Source: Cycas panzhihuaensis
Taxonomy: Eukaryota; Plantae; Cycadophyta
Direction: 5' to 3'
NCBI GenBank assembly: GCA_023213395.1
Contig: CM041465.1
Coordinates: 210,869,741-210,933,740 of the forward strand
DNA: 64,000 nt
The notes beneath the pieces were generated by a model. It was given only the letters and a program-made list of their open reading frames with translations. It did no database searches and was not told where the DNA came from. Numbering within the stretch: position 1 is the first letter of the stretch; the number at the start of each line of letters is the position of its first letter. The position numbers and the translations under genes were made by a program. This document shows positions 1 to 12,485 of this stretch, one piece after another.

Positions 1-240
1 GAGTATTAGTAGTGACCCACAAGGGGAGGAACTTGGTAATATTCTTCCTTCTTCAATGAGTTCCATACTTTGCCTTTTAAGTTCTGCCCCTTCTAAAATA
101 GAAGTTTTATAAAGGGGTCCATTTGGCAAAGTGGATCCTAGCAGTAAATCGATACTGTGTTGAATTGCTTGAATGGGTGGAAAATCTTTTGGAGGTTAAA
201 AAACATCGACATATTCATCCAAAAGTTGTTTCATACCTGG
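1..240 (-). mobile_element. Ty3/gypsy pol fragment (start of reverse transcriptase), chromovirus-like, decayed
   Basis: Minus strand reads QLLDEYVDVF*PPKDFPPIQAIQHSIDLLLGSTLPNGPLYKTSILEGAELKRQSMELIEEGRILPSSSPCGS, the typical gypsy PR-RT linker and RT N-terminus; cut at 240 by an LTR. Confidence 0.85.
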
Positions 241-1065
241 TGTTGGGGCAAAATATGGTACGCATGACATTTTGGACCATGGAAACGTAGGAATGTATGC
301 TTGCTCTAATAAGAGGAATGCAAGAACGCATCATTGTAAGGTCGCACATGGGAACGCATGCCAAAGATCAGTGAAGAATGCAAGAGAACAACTCTCAGGG
401 AATGTATTATAGGATACGTTCTCGAAAGAAATGCATGCAAGACACATAGAAGGGAATGCATGGAACACATGCCCATAATTGAATTGTACATTCTAGAGAT
501 GATGACATCACCCAGAGGCATACGTACGTATAGTCGTACAGACAGAACAAGGAGTAATTAATGATTCTAATGTAATCTTAAGTGAAAAGGTACTTTTGTT
601 ATGAAAAGGAATGATTGTGACCATAAGTCACAACCATTCCCCCAAAAGGCATGTCATTGGGTATTTATTGGCGCTTTTTCCACCACTTTGGTGTGCGAGT
701 CAAGTTACTTGATCTAATGATACATTCCTAGGTAAGTAGGAACAATTATTGAAGCATATGTGATGATTCATGGTGGAACGCATGTAAGATGCATCCATTT
801 TTAGTGATGTAAACACATTGACAGTGACATTGCTTAATATAATAGAGAGTTACGTGGAGTCTTGTGTATTTTATACATGGCAACTGATTGTATGAGGAAT
901 GCATGTTGATTATTGATTGAGATAATGACATTATGATGATATTATGATATTGTGTTAACTACATAAGCAATCAAGCAAGATAATCATGTTGACCGACCCT
1001 AACTAGACTACCAGTTAGTGATTCCTTGATAAGTGTATTCTCATAAGGGCAATGAGAAGTCAACA
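241..1065 (+). repeat. 5' LTR of gypsy element B
   Basis: TGTTG...CAACA termini, followed by TTGGTTTTGTTGCC (degenerate Athila/Tat-type PBS); GGAATGC-like repeats in the 5' part. Confidence 0.75.
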
Positions 1066-1828
1066 TTGGTTTTGTTGCCTACATCCACTGAGGAGGGACT
1101 GGGCCAGGAGTTTTTCATCAATACATTATGCTCAAAGACCAAGGAACCCTGGCTGTCGTCATGATGGCAGGTCATGACTAAGCCTTTGACAATGAGAGGA
1201 TCTTCCAATGCCACAAAAGAGGCCTTTGAAGGCAGGAGAACCACCAAAAAGAACTTCACCTAAGGGATTAGTGGAATCAAGCACACAAAGGGCAATAAGA
1301 TGGTCAAAGGAAGCTAAATTGAGAAGGGCTAGGAGGTTAAGCCTCAATAAGAGCAACGAGACTAAAGGACAGTCCATTAAGAGATCTAAGGCAAGTGGAA
1401 CCCAAACACCCCAAGAACAAGAAATCAGAAGACATGGGGAACAAATGGTACTGACACCTATCCCGATTGGATCTGATATCATTAGCCCAGAAAAGGAGGA
1501 AATTCTGAACAAAGAAAATCTAGAACAAGATAATATTTTGGAAAAAGAAAATGAAACCCTCGAGAACAAGTGTGGAAAATACTTCAAAGGACCTAAGTGA
1601 TCACGAGGAGAAGGCGAGGGAAGGTCCCTCGACATATTGGGAAAACAAACTAACAAGACAAGTATTAGAAGATTCGTTGGATAAGGGATTCGAGCAATCA
1701 TATTTAATAGTAACACCATTGACAATCCAGGTATCGAGAGTGTCAAAATCTATTAATTTCAAAATCCCCTATTTGGAAGGGATAGTGCTAAGGGAAGCAC
1801 ACCAGGAACACCACCCAAATCCAAAATT

Positions 1829-2666
1829 GTGGAGAAAGTGGAGTCATCTCCATACAAAGCAACCACATCCTCAAGAGGAGAAAATCCACCGTCACTAGGA
1901 GAGACACCAATGAATTCACCAAGGATGGATGACACAAGGGACTTCGGAAAGTTGATCTTCAATGACACGTCTGATGCTACAGAGCATGTGTATCTTTTTC
2001 AAATTTTGATAGACATGAAGAAAATTAGTGATGAACAAGAAATAAAAGCAAGGTTTGCATGTGCCTTAAGAGGAGTACCATTGGCATGGTACAAAGAATT
2101 AGACAAAACAAAATCATGGACAAATGTGAAGAAATTGTTCAAGGAGAGATTTCAAAAACTTCATAGCAATGAGGCTATTGAAATTGCATTGAAAGAGATC
2201 AAGCAAAGACCTAATGAATCAATGTTAACTTATATCAGTTGCATGAAAATAATTGCGGCTAGCATGACCAATGAAACAGTGACAGACCGTAACATGAGAA
2301 ATTATTTTACTAAAGGTCTAAATGAGAAACTGAGATCCATGATGCATGCACATCTTTTGAAATCTTTCAAAAATGCCCAAGAGCTAGCTTTGGATTTTGA
2401 GGCAGAAATGGATGCCCAAATAAGAGGGAACAACCCATTGCTTCTTAAGTTACAAGAGGAGCTAAGAGAATTAAAACAAAATCAATGTAATAAACTTGTC
2501 TACCAAGTAGAGAAAATAGATGAAGAATCAGAAATCGAAAATATGACAAGTGGCACGATTGAAACTGAAAAACAAAAAAGAAGAAGAGGAGAGCAAAAAG
2601 AAGAAAGGGAAGGAATTCAGAATAGAAAAATGGTGCCACATCTGTAAAGAAGACTCCTATTCTACA
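1829..2666 (+). pseudogene. Gypsy gag of element B (retrotransposon gag domain plus zinc knuckle), interrupted by a LINE
   Basis: ARFACALRGVPLAWYKEL..W..VKKLFKERF..IKQRPNESM; knuckle WCHICKEDSYST resumes as KECELNPKN at 9193-9220. Confidence 0.8.
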
Positions 2667-3298
2667 GGCTTTTGGGAAAAGAAGAAAAAGCAAAGTCACG
2701 AAGAAAGGGAGAGGAGACTGCGACGAATGGCGTGCTGAGACTGCGACGAAGGCGTGGCGGCTAGGGTTTCCAATAGACGGAGATGGAGGAGCAGGGGGGA
2801 ATCCCCCAGATGCACAGAGCCATGGCGTAGCATCCAGGCTAGATCAGGGGTCCACTGCGAGGTAGAAAGGTGGACGAGCTGGGTTTTGGATCTGGACGAA
2901 GACGATGCAAAAGTGCGGTGGGCCGACGTTAGGAGGACAACCCAGGCTAGACTGGGATTCAGATCAGAGAGGAAGGTTAGAGGCAGAGTGGGGACCTATC
3001 AAAAAGTTGATGTGCTGATAGCTAAGAAAGGGAGGGACGAAAACGCTCCTATATTTTATACCTACAAATGGTCAGGTCCGTGTGAAGCCAGCCTACACGT
3101 TGGTTTGATATTTGTGGAGTTTGAACTTCCCTGCCATAGAAGACTCAGACAGAGAAGGAGTACATTTGGCCCCCAAGTTGAGAGGAACATTAGAAGACAT
3201 AAGGAGGCAAAAATACAAAGCAGACAGGGGATAAGTTCTGATTTTGCTGTTTTATTTTGTGGTGTTCACAAGTGCTTGTTATTATGTTCGAGCCCTAA

Positions 3299-4828
3299 AT
3301 GATGCAAGAACCAAACCAGACTCAGTCCTCGCCTCCGGGGAGGACCTACCTTGATGTTCTGAGGAACGGTAACCTAGAAGAACATGAGATTCATCCTGTT
3401 AAGATAGGAAACAGGTTCAAAATTACAATTCTGAAAGAGGTAACAGATAAGACTATTCAATATTGGGAAAACAAATTGGTGGTGTTTTATGGTCCCAGAC
3501 CGAGGTTGGACATCATTAGAGAATGGATCAGAAATAAGTGGAAAACTAGAAACCCGGTTCAGGTTATGGCAATGCCGAAGGGATGCGTTCTCTTTAGGTT
3601 TGCTTCTCAGGAGGACATGATACCTATCTTGCTTAAATCCCCATGGATGTTTAGGAGAAAAGCTATGACCTTGGAGAAGTGGCACCCAGATTTCGACCCT
3701 AGAACACTGGTGGTAAAACAAGCCCCAGTTTGGGTGCAAATGCCTAGGCTCCCCCTACACTTCTGGAATCTGGAGGTGGTCAAAGGGGCGGCCAAGACGA
3801 TCGGGCCCTTACTGGCAATGGACTCGGCAACAAAACATAGATCCCGATTAATGAAAACAAGATTTTGTGTCCTTGCGAGGCTCGACAGTGACCTTCCAGA
3901 CGATGTAGAGATCGAGTCGGATGGAAGATCCATCATTCAAAGCTTATTTTTTGAAGTGGAGGGTTTTAGATGCGCTAAGTGTAAGTGTAGGGGGCATTTA
4001 CCTTTTCAATGCCCAGGGATTCCACCAAGGATGGACAAGCAGGATGAAAATAAAGAGAAAGAAAACGGAGAAAGGGTTGGAATCAGTGAGGAGCCCTATG
4101 GCGCAAGCACCGGAAAGCCAGGAAAGGAAAAGGACAAAAATGAGACAGAAGGAGAAGGAGAGGTGGAATCCAGAGGGGCACCGATGGACGAAGCAAAAGG
4201 AAAGGATTGCAGTATGCGGAGCCAGGCAGAGGTTTTGGAACCGATCTATGTTAAGGAAGCTCCGAAAGTCGGTAGCAAAGAACCAGTGGAAACAGAGGCA
4301 GGTAGGGAAGGGATCAAAGGAGTAGAAGTTGACAGAAGCGAGGGTCAAGACCCGGGCCCGGGCAAGGGATCGCCGACTGCGGATCCTAAAGATCTGGTTA
4401 AGACGGTTGGTCGGGCGATGGGGGGAGGGGATATTCCCCCAATAGCTATAGAGCCGGCTCTGGCTCGGCTTATGAAGAACATAAACTGGGATTTAGAGGA
4501 TTACCTTTCAGAGACAGATGAGGGGGGGATTCGGGAACCGCCCCAAGTGGAGGGGCAGGTAGGTATCGAGGCTGAAGGGGCTCCAGGCCCCGGGGTTAAA
4601 GTAGTGGAAGAAAAGGGAGGAGGAGGGACCCGCAAGTGGGTCTCAAAAGGTAACATGCAGGACATGAAGAAGGCTCCAGATTATGGGCTAGAAAAGAAGG
4701 TGGGAAGACCACCTAAAAAGGCAACCAGAGAAAAGGAAACACTGGCCCAAATTGACATGGGGTACCAGAGTACTTTAAAGGAGGGGGGCGCATTGGAGGG
4801 CCCCATCCTCAGAAGCAGGAAAGGTTGA
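3299..4828 (+). CDS. LINE ORF1p (DUF4283/RRM-like domain plus CCHC knuckle), open frame of 509 aa
   Basis: GCVLFRF..PWMF..LEKWHPDFDP..PVWVQMPRLPLHFW; CAKCKCRGHLPFQC. Confidence 0.9.
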   Translation: MMQEPNQTQSSPPGRTYLDVLRNGNLEEHEIHPVKIGNRFKITILKEVTDKTIQYWENKLVVFYGPRPRLDIIREWIRNKWKTRNPVQVMAMPKGCVLFRFASQEDMIPILLKSPWMFRRKAMTLEKWHPDFDPRTLVVKQAPVWVQMPRLPLHFWNLEVVKGAAKTIGPLLAMDSATKHRSRLMKTRFCVLARLDSDLPDDVEIESDGRSIIQSLFFEVEGFRCAKCKCRGHLPFQCPGIPPRMDKQDENKEKENGERVGISEEPYGASTGKPGKEKDKNETEGEGEVESRGAPMDEAKGKDCSMRSQAEVLEPIYVKEAPKVGSKEPVETEAGREGIKGVEVDRSEGQDPGPGKGSPTADPKDLVKTVGRAMGGGDIPPIAIEPALARLMKNINWDLEDYLSETDEGGIREPPQVEGQVGIEAEGAPGPGVKVVEEKGGGGTRKWVSKGNMQDMKKAPDYGLEKKVGRPPKKATREKETLAQIDMGYQSTLKEGGALEGPILRSRKG

Positions 4829-4850
4829 AGGGTGAGGTTCCGGGATATCC

Positions 4851-7800
4851 ATGAAGGTCTTATCCTGGAACATAAGGGGCCTCAATGCCCCATCAAAGCA
4901 AAGATTGATAAAGGAACTGAGGTTGAGAACAAATCCGGACGTAGTGCTCTTGCAGGAGACAAAACTGAAACAGATTAAGGAAGGACAGGTGCTCAACAAG
5001 ATCTAGAAAAGGGGAGATGGGAGGTCGGTCGCTGGATCAAGAGGGCTCGGGGTCAGCATCCCTTTGGAACCCAAATAGGTGGAAAGGTTATGAGGTGGTC
5101 AAATCAGAACACTTCATAACCTTATGCTTGGTACGCACGTGGACCAATAAGGAGTGCTGGATTACTAATGTCTATGCCCCCACATCTGTGGAGGGTAGGA
5201 AGAGATTATGGGAAAGGCTGGTGGAAGTTCATAAAGATTGGGATGGTCCTTGGCTGGTGGTTGGGGACTTTAATACGCCCCTAACTCTGGAGGAGAAGAA
5301 AGGAGGTCATGCAGGGTGGTCCAAAAGCATGTTTGATTTCGGAGAATTCTTACAATTGGGGGGTCTAATGGACGTCCCCCTCAGGGGAGCTAGGTTTACC
5401 TGGTCTAACAGACGTTTAGGACATAACCACATCCAGTCCAGATTGGACAGGATACTAACTAATTATGAATGGTCCTGTCACTTCGAAGGAATAAAACTTG
5501 AGGCTCTTCTGAAGTCTGGCTCGGACCACTCTCCCCTCGTTCTGGAAGGGTCCATCCTGGGTTCTCATGTGGGGACCCCTTTTCGTTTGGAACTCATGTG
5601 GCTAAGGCATCCGGATCTTAGGGAGAGGATCGGTGAGTGGTGGGGAGTCCAGGTCCGAGGATGCGCTATGTTTAGGTTCTCGAAGAAGCTTAGTTGGATC
5701 AAAAAACAAATTAAAATCTGGAATAAGGAGGTATTTGGAAACATCTTCGAAGATAAAGGAGCCCTGCTGACGGAGTTAAAAGGGATCGAGGACAGGATCC
5801 AACTGGAGGGAAGGAACCGGGTTCTGGATCAAGAAGAACATTGTACCACCAGGAGACTAGAAGAGGTGTTATCTAGCGAGGAAATACTCTGGAAACAGAA
5901 ATCCAGAGAGCAATGGGTAAAGGAGGGGGGCAGAAATACTAGGTACTTCCATTTGTCCACCATGAAGCACAGGGCTCATAACAGGATTAGCAAACTCCAA
6001 ACTAAGGACGGGGATCTGATTGAGGCGGAGGATCAGTTCGGAGGAGTTGCGATGGACTACTTTAAGGAGCTGTATGCAGAACCTGGATGTCAGGATCCAG
6101 ATCTTAGGGCGGGCTTCATGCATTATTTACTGAAGGTTATATCTGAGGCTCATAACAGAAAACTGATAGAACCCTTTTCTCAGGATGAAGTGGAGAAAGC
6201 CCTACTCAAAATGGGTAGGGATAAGGCCCCGGGCCCAGACGGTTTTCGTCTTGGGTTCTTTCAGGAATTCTGGGACATTATCAAGGAGGATTTAATTATG
6301 GCGTTAAATGAATTCTTTCTCAAAGGACAATTCTGAAAGAATGGCAGGCCACCTTCTTGGTTTTGATCCCAAAGAAGGAGGGTGCGGTAGCTATGGAAGA
6401 TTACAGACCGATCAGTCTCTGTAATGAAAAATACAAAATTCTGGCTAAAATGCTGGCAAACCATCTAAGAGAGTGCCTTCCGGCTATCATCTCTCCTAAT
6501 CAGTATGGCTTTGTTAAGGGTAGACAAATCATGGATGGCATTATTACTGTCCATGAAACAATGCATTCGACTTTTCATAGGAAGGAGGCTGGCATGATAA
6601 TCAAAACAGATATGTCCAAGGCCTACGACCAGGTGGCTTGGGATTGTCTGTTGGACTGTCTAGAAGCGTTCGATTTTGGGGAGGTTTGGAGGGATTGGAT
6701 GAAATGCTGCATATCCAGGGTTTCCTTCTCGGTGATTCTTAATGGGAGGTCGACACCTTTCTTTCCTGGCTTTAGGGGTTTGAGACAAGGTGACCCCCTC
6801 TCTCCCTTCCTTTTCATTATTATGGTTGAACTGCTTGGGAGGGCAACAATGGAGGCTTAGAGGCTAGGATGGATATCTGGTCTGAAGGCGTCTTCCAATT
6901 TGGATAATATCGCCCATCACCAGTTTGTTGATGATAACATCTTTCTATGTAGGGCTTTGAAAGAAGGTCTTCAGGCTTATGAGAGGGCCACCAATCAAAA
7001 GATCAACCGGGATAAGAGCTCAGTCTTCTATATCAATGCAGCGGAAGGGCTGCAGAGAAGGATAAGTAGGGTTCTGGAGATTCCCAGTAGACCCCTCCCC
7101 GCTTCATATCTGGGAATGCCACTCTTTGTGGGGAAGATGGCGAAGAATCTGTGGGACCCCGTGGTGAGTAGATTTAACAGGAAGTTGGCGGGCTAGAAAG
7201 GGGCGCTTCTAAGCTGGGCTGGGAAGATTCAGCTGGTGGTGGCCTCTCTCCAGAGCATTCCTGTTTACCAAATGTCCGTTTTTAGGATGCCAGGTAAGGT
7301 GATTTCCACCCTAGAGGGCATTATGAAGAGATTTCTTTGGTCAGGGGTCGAAGATAAAAACAGAATCCATCTAGTGTCATGGAAGAAGGTTTGCAAGCCT
7401 AAATGGGCAGGAGGTCTTAACGTTAGAAGGCTGGCCCTTTTTAACGAAGCCCTTCTGGCTAAGATAGGATGGAGACTTACCAAAGAAGCTGGGTCGGTTT
7501 GGGGGAAAATTCTATCAAGAAAATATTTAAGGGATAAACACTTTCTACTGGAGGAGGAGTGTAGCTCTGAGGGATCCCCCATTTCGAAAGCTATCTGCTC
7601 CGCACGCTCTGTCTTACGTGAAGGATTCCGATGGAGATTGGGGGATGGAGAAAGTATAAGGTTTTGGGAAGACAAGTGGTGCAGGCCCTCTAGGTTAGAG
7701 GAGATCCCTAATATAGGCAGACTGAAGAAGGCATGTGTGAATAGTTTCGGCTATCTAGTTAAGCATTATTGGCTGGGCCAAGGTAGGGACAGGCGATGGA

Positions 7801-9035
7801 GATCGTTTGAGGAGCTGCAAGGCTTCGAAGAGGAGATTCAGAGAGTGAAGAGGGTGTTAGAAGATCAGTATATTCCGAAGCGGCCCTCTTCTGACTCCTT
7901 GGTATGGCCCCAATCGTCTTCAGGCTCATACACGGTTAAAGAAGGTTATAATTTGATAATGAACAGGGAAGGATGGGCCAGGAATGACATGCTTGCTGGG
8001 GTTTGGAAATTGGGGTTGCTTCCGAAGATAGCTGCTTTCTGGTGGTTATGCCTTCAAAACAAAATCCTTACAACGGATAACCTCATGAAACGGGGTTTTC
8101 ATTTGGTTAACAGGTGTGTATTATGTAAGGAGGATGCTGAGACCTTGGACCACCTTAAGATTCACTATCCTTATTCTAAGGGAATCTGGGACGATATCTG
8201 GTCCAGGTTGGGTTTAGCTTGGGTTTCTCCTAACTCTTTGAAAGACCAGTGGTTAGCATGGGACTCTCCTTTTAAGAGTAAAACGCTCGGCAGATGCTGG
8301 AAGATGATCCTTCCGGTAGGTACTTGGATTATTTGGAAGGAACGCAACAGGAGAATTTTTGAAGGTAGAGAGTCAGCCAGTGCCATACTGGTCGCCGAGA
8401 TCAGGAAGAGTATTCGAGAAATGATGAGTCCCCTTAAAGAGGATAGGATCTCCAAAAGAGAAGAGAGGATCCTTGAGGACTGGGGTATAGTTCATATGAA
8501 GGGGGGCAGCGAGAAAAGGAGAGCAATCAAATGGAACCCTCCAGAAGAAACCTGGGAAAAAATCAACTTTGATGGAGTCGCTAAAGGCAACCCTGGAGAG
8601 GCAAGAGCGGGAGGACTCTGCAGGAACCATATGGGTGTTTTAAAGTGGGCCTTTACGGAGTATCTAGGCATCCATTTGAACCAGAGAGCTGAGGTGTGGG
8701 CTATGCACAGGGCGATAGCTTTGATGGATGAAGAGGAGGATCAAAAGGTGATTGTTGAAGGTGATTCCATGTATGTAATTAGATGTTTAAGGGGGGAAGC
8801 AGAGCCAGGGTGGAACAATATGGAGATCATTAGAGATGCGTAAGATACTCTGAGAACCAAAGAGGGGGTCAGGATCCAGCATACCTACAGCAAAGGGAAC
8901 GCGGTGGTAGATTGGCCGGCAAATTGGGCTGTTTCAAATAAAAGAACCAAGATATGGAAGGAGGACTATCCAGAAGAGCTTCTGAGTCTGGTAAGGATCA
9001 ATGCACACATTGGGCAGGTAGACAGGGGAGGTTGA
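4851..9035 (+). pseudogene. LINE ORF2p (AP endonuclease, RT, zf-RVT, RNase H-like) with several stops and frameshifts
   Basis: MKVLSWNIRGLN, LQETK, GDFN, SRLDR, SDHSP; KAPGPDG, YRPISLCN, GLRQGDPLSPFLF, HQFVDD; RCVLCKEDAETLDH; KINFDG..GNPG, VEGDS, HTYSKGN. Confidence 0.93.
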
Positions 9036-11848
9036 GAGGAATCCCCTTTAATCAGGGCTAGACCATGGGCCTGTCATGGTCATTTCTCTTAAGCCGAAGG
9101 GCTTTGTTGTATAGGGTTTGGGGACCTAGTTAAAACCCCTTCTAATATTATTTTACCTTATCAAAAAAAAAAAAAAAGACTCCTATTCTACAAAAGAATG
9201 CGAGTTGAATCCCAAAAATAGTGCAACTTCAATGTGCTTCATTCTGGCATGAAAGACTAGATTCTTTGTCATTCTAATGAAGTGGTGGTGAACTTCAATG
9301 TGCTTCATTCTGGCATGAAAGACTAGATTCTTTGTCATTTTTATGACACTTTGGTTGTCACAGTAGATTGGTACTATATCTCCACATTCTTGCTTTAAGT
9401 CCTTCAAAAGTTGTTTATGCCAAACTACTTCACAAGTTGCACTGGCTACAACTTTGTATTCAACTTCCATAGATGACAAGGCTACTGTTGGTTGTTTTTC
9501 ACTGCTCTAGGAGATGACTACAAATCTAAGATTAAAATAATATCCGAAGGTGGATTTCCTTTCTTATCATTCCCCTACCCAATCAGAGTCACAATAGCCA
9601 ATCAATCTGGAATTATCAGCCTCAATGTACATTAAGCCTAGATCTAAGGTACCCTTAATATACCCTAGAATGTGTTTTGTAGCATTCCTATGGGATAATT
9701 TAGGCATGTGCATATATCTAGAGATTACCCCAACAGAAAAGGAAATATCTGGCCTTGTGACAATCAAGTAGATGAGGCTACCTATTAGTTATCGATAAAG
9801 GGTTTCATTTACCTTTTTGTTTTCTTCATTTGTAGTGAGGACACAACCTACTTCCATAGGAGTCGCACAGGGATTGTAGTCTTCCATGCCAGACTTCTTC
9901 AACAAGATATTGGCATACTTTGATTGTGAAATGAATATGCCATCATCTTTTAGCTTGATTTCATCCCTAAGTAATAATGTAAAGGACCCATATCTAACAT
10001 CTCAAATTTGTCCTTTATTTGCTACCTTACCCATCTTATTGTTTCATGGTCATTTCCAGTAACAATTAGGTACTCAACATACACCACTATTATAGTGACC
10101 ATGTTGTCTCCTTTGCTTTTCAGATACAGGCTTGGATCTTGTTAACATCTATTGGACCCATTTTCCCTGAGATAAGCATCCAACTTATCATACCATGCAC
10201 ACAGTGCTTGTTTCAAACCATATAGTGCCTTTTCTAATCGACATATTAAATGTTCCTGTCCTTTTTCTACAAAGCCTAAAGGTTGTTCCATATAGACCTC
10301 TTCAACTAGATCCCCATTTAGGAAGGCACTTTTGACATCAAGTTGCATGATCTCCCAATCAAATTGTGCTTCCAAGGCTATTATTGTACGAATAGTTATA
10401 ATCTTTGCAACAAGTGCAAAAGTTTCCTCATAGTCTATTCCAGTTGTTTGAGTATATGCTTTTGCAACCAAGTAGGCTTTATATTTTTCAATGCTGCCAT
10501 CAGATCTCTCTTTGACTTTGAATACCCATTTACAACCAACTGTGGGTTTCCCTTTAGGGAGAGGAACCAAAACCCAGGTGTTGTTTTATTTAATGGAAAG
10601 TAACTCCCTCTTTATCACACCTTCCCATTCTTTATTGCCACAAGCTTCATGATAGCTTTGAGGTTTTGCAATACAAGCCAAGGCTTGTTGTTCTTAAACC
10701 CTTGTTCTGTGTTTGAATGTTCCCCCCCTTAAGTCTTAAAGAGTCTTTAAATACCACTTGGGTAACCTTTTCTTTGGTTGAGTATCTTCTCTTTGTTGTT
10801 CACCTCCTCCTTAAGGCACTATCTCTAATGCACTTGCTTGTTGAGATACTGGTGGTTGTTGAAGAGGTATCTCTTGATTGGTAAAAATCTCTTCTAGAGC
10901 TGATTTTCTTGTGCATGAAATTTCATGCTTGTATTTCCTAGACATTTTGTCAAAGGTGACATCCCTACTGATGTATAGCTTGTTTGTCCTTATGTCCATA
11001 CATCTACAGGCCTTAGACTTACTATTGTATCCAACCATGATACACTTGATACTTTTGTCATCCAATTTGGATCTTTTTTCCACTGGGATGTGAACATAAG
11101 CAACACAGCCAAAGATTCTAAGATGGCTTACATTTGGCTTCCTTCCTAACCATGCTTCTTCCGAAGTGAGTTTGTCAATAGGGCTCTTGTTTCTGAGATA
11201 TACTGCAATGTTGACTACCTTAGCCCAATAGATACCTCGTACCTCCTCCTCTTTCAACATACACTAGTCATTTCTGGTATAAACCTATTCATCCTTTCAA
11301 CTACTCCATTTGACTCAGTATATGTTGTTGTGAGTTGCCTATGAATCCCATGGGCCTTGCAATACTTATAAAATTCATTCGAGGTGTATTCACCCCCCCA
11401 ATCTGTTTTGAGAAGCTCAAGCCTTTTTCCACTCTCTACCTCAACAAGAGCTCTAAATTCTTTGAAGATATCAAAGGCTTCATAGTTGTACTTAATAAAA
11501 TACACCAAGTTTTCACACTAAAATCATTTATGAAAGTGAGAATGTATTTAGCACCATTGACAGAATTTGGAGATATGGGCCCGCATAGGTCACTATGTAC
11601 CAATTCCAACACCTCTTGAGATGTCCAAGATGATTGTTGGAACTTTGCTCTATGTTAATTCCCGAACATGCATCCCTCACAAACCTTTGCTTCTAATGAG
11701 ATATCTGGCAATCCAATTACTATATTCATTTTTTTTAACTTTGCTAGTCTGTCATTTGCAATGTGCCCATACTGTAAATGCCAAATTTTATTATTAACAT
11801 TTTTGACAACACAAGGTGGAATGCTGCCTACAGAAAGAGATTGAACTA

Positions 11849-12485
11849 TGTTAGATAATGTGACAACAATGTTTTGGAGGCTAAAATTTTGTCAGGTTGG
11901 CAGCGCGATTTCCCCCCCAAACTTCCTCGGGGGGTTCCAAGAGGGGCTCCCGCCCCCCTTAGCTGGGGGGTGCGAGGGACGCCGGAATGCCCCTCGCAAA
12001 GAGGGGGTTCGAGGGTGATAGCCCCCAACCCAAAAAGCTAGCACTGAAAAGCATACTAAATTGTAAAGAGAATCGGGGTCGTTCACTCAAAATACCCTAG
12101 ATTCTATGGTCGAAATTTGTGCCTTGTATAACTCTCTCATATAGCCCGATTTAGGGTGTTTTTTCATTATCTTTATGGTGTTCGATGTATTGAATGTACT
12201 GTGAAGACTTGGGTGGCTGGTTGTTGTTGTTGTCAGCATTCTGCTACAGATTATGTACATTTCTCCATTCTTTGATAATAAAGATCGATACCTTTCATGT
12301 GTGGATGTTTCCCTAACACACTGTTAGGGTTTTACCACATTATATCGGGTGTATATGTGATGCTTTAAGGCTCCTTTGTATGCAACAATGATGTAAGACC
12401 AATATACCTGCATACTCACCTTCATTTTATTGTATTATCTCTAGTTTAAGAACTTGCATGTTAAATTTCAGTTTCGATTCCTATA
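11849..12485 (+). mobile_element. Solo LTR inserted in copia C
   Basis: Starts TGTTAG, flanked by (A)ACTA duplication (11844-11848 and 12485-12489), interrupts the copia protease-integrase linker, contains a GC-rich GGGG/CCCC block. Confidence 0.7.

Larger units (their letters stand above)
2667..9177 (+). mobile_element. Full-length L1-clade LINE
   Basis: 17-bp TSD AAGACTCCTATTCTACA (2650-2666 and 9176-9192), poly(A) 9163-9177, ORF1 plus ORF2. Confidence 0.95.

Noticed and set aside
2754-3302. 182-codon ORF in the LINE 5' UTR ending in an ATGA overlap with ORF1
   Set aside because: Starts at GTG, has no in-frame ATG and no recognisable domain; probably a chance open frame
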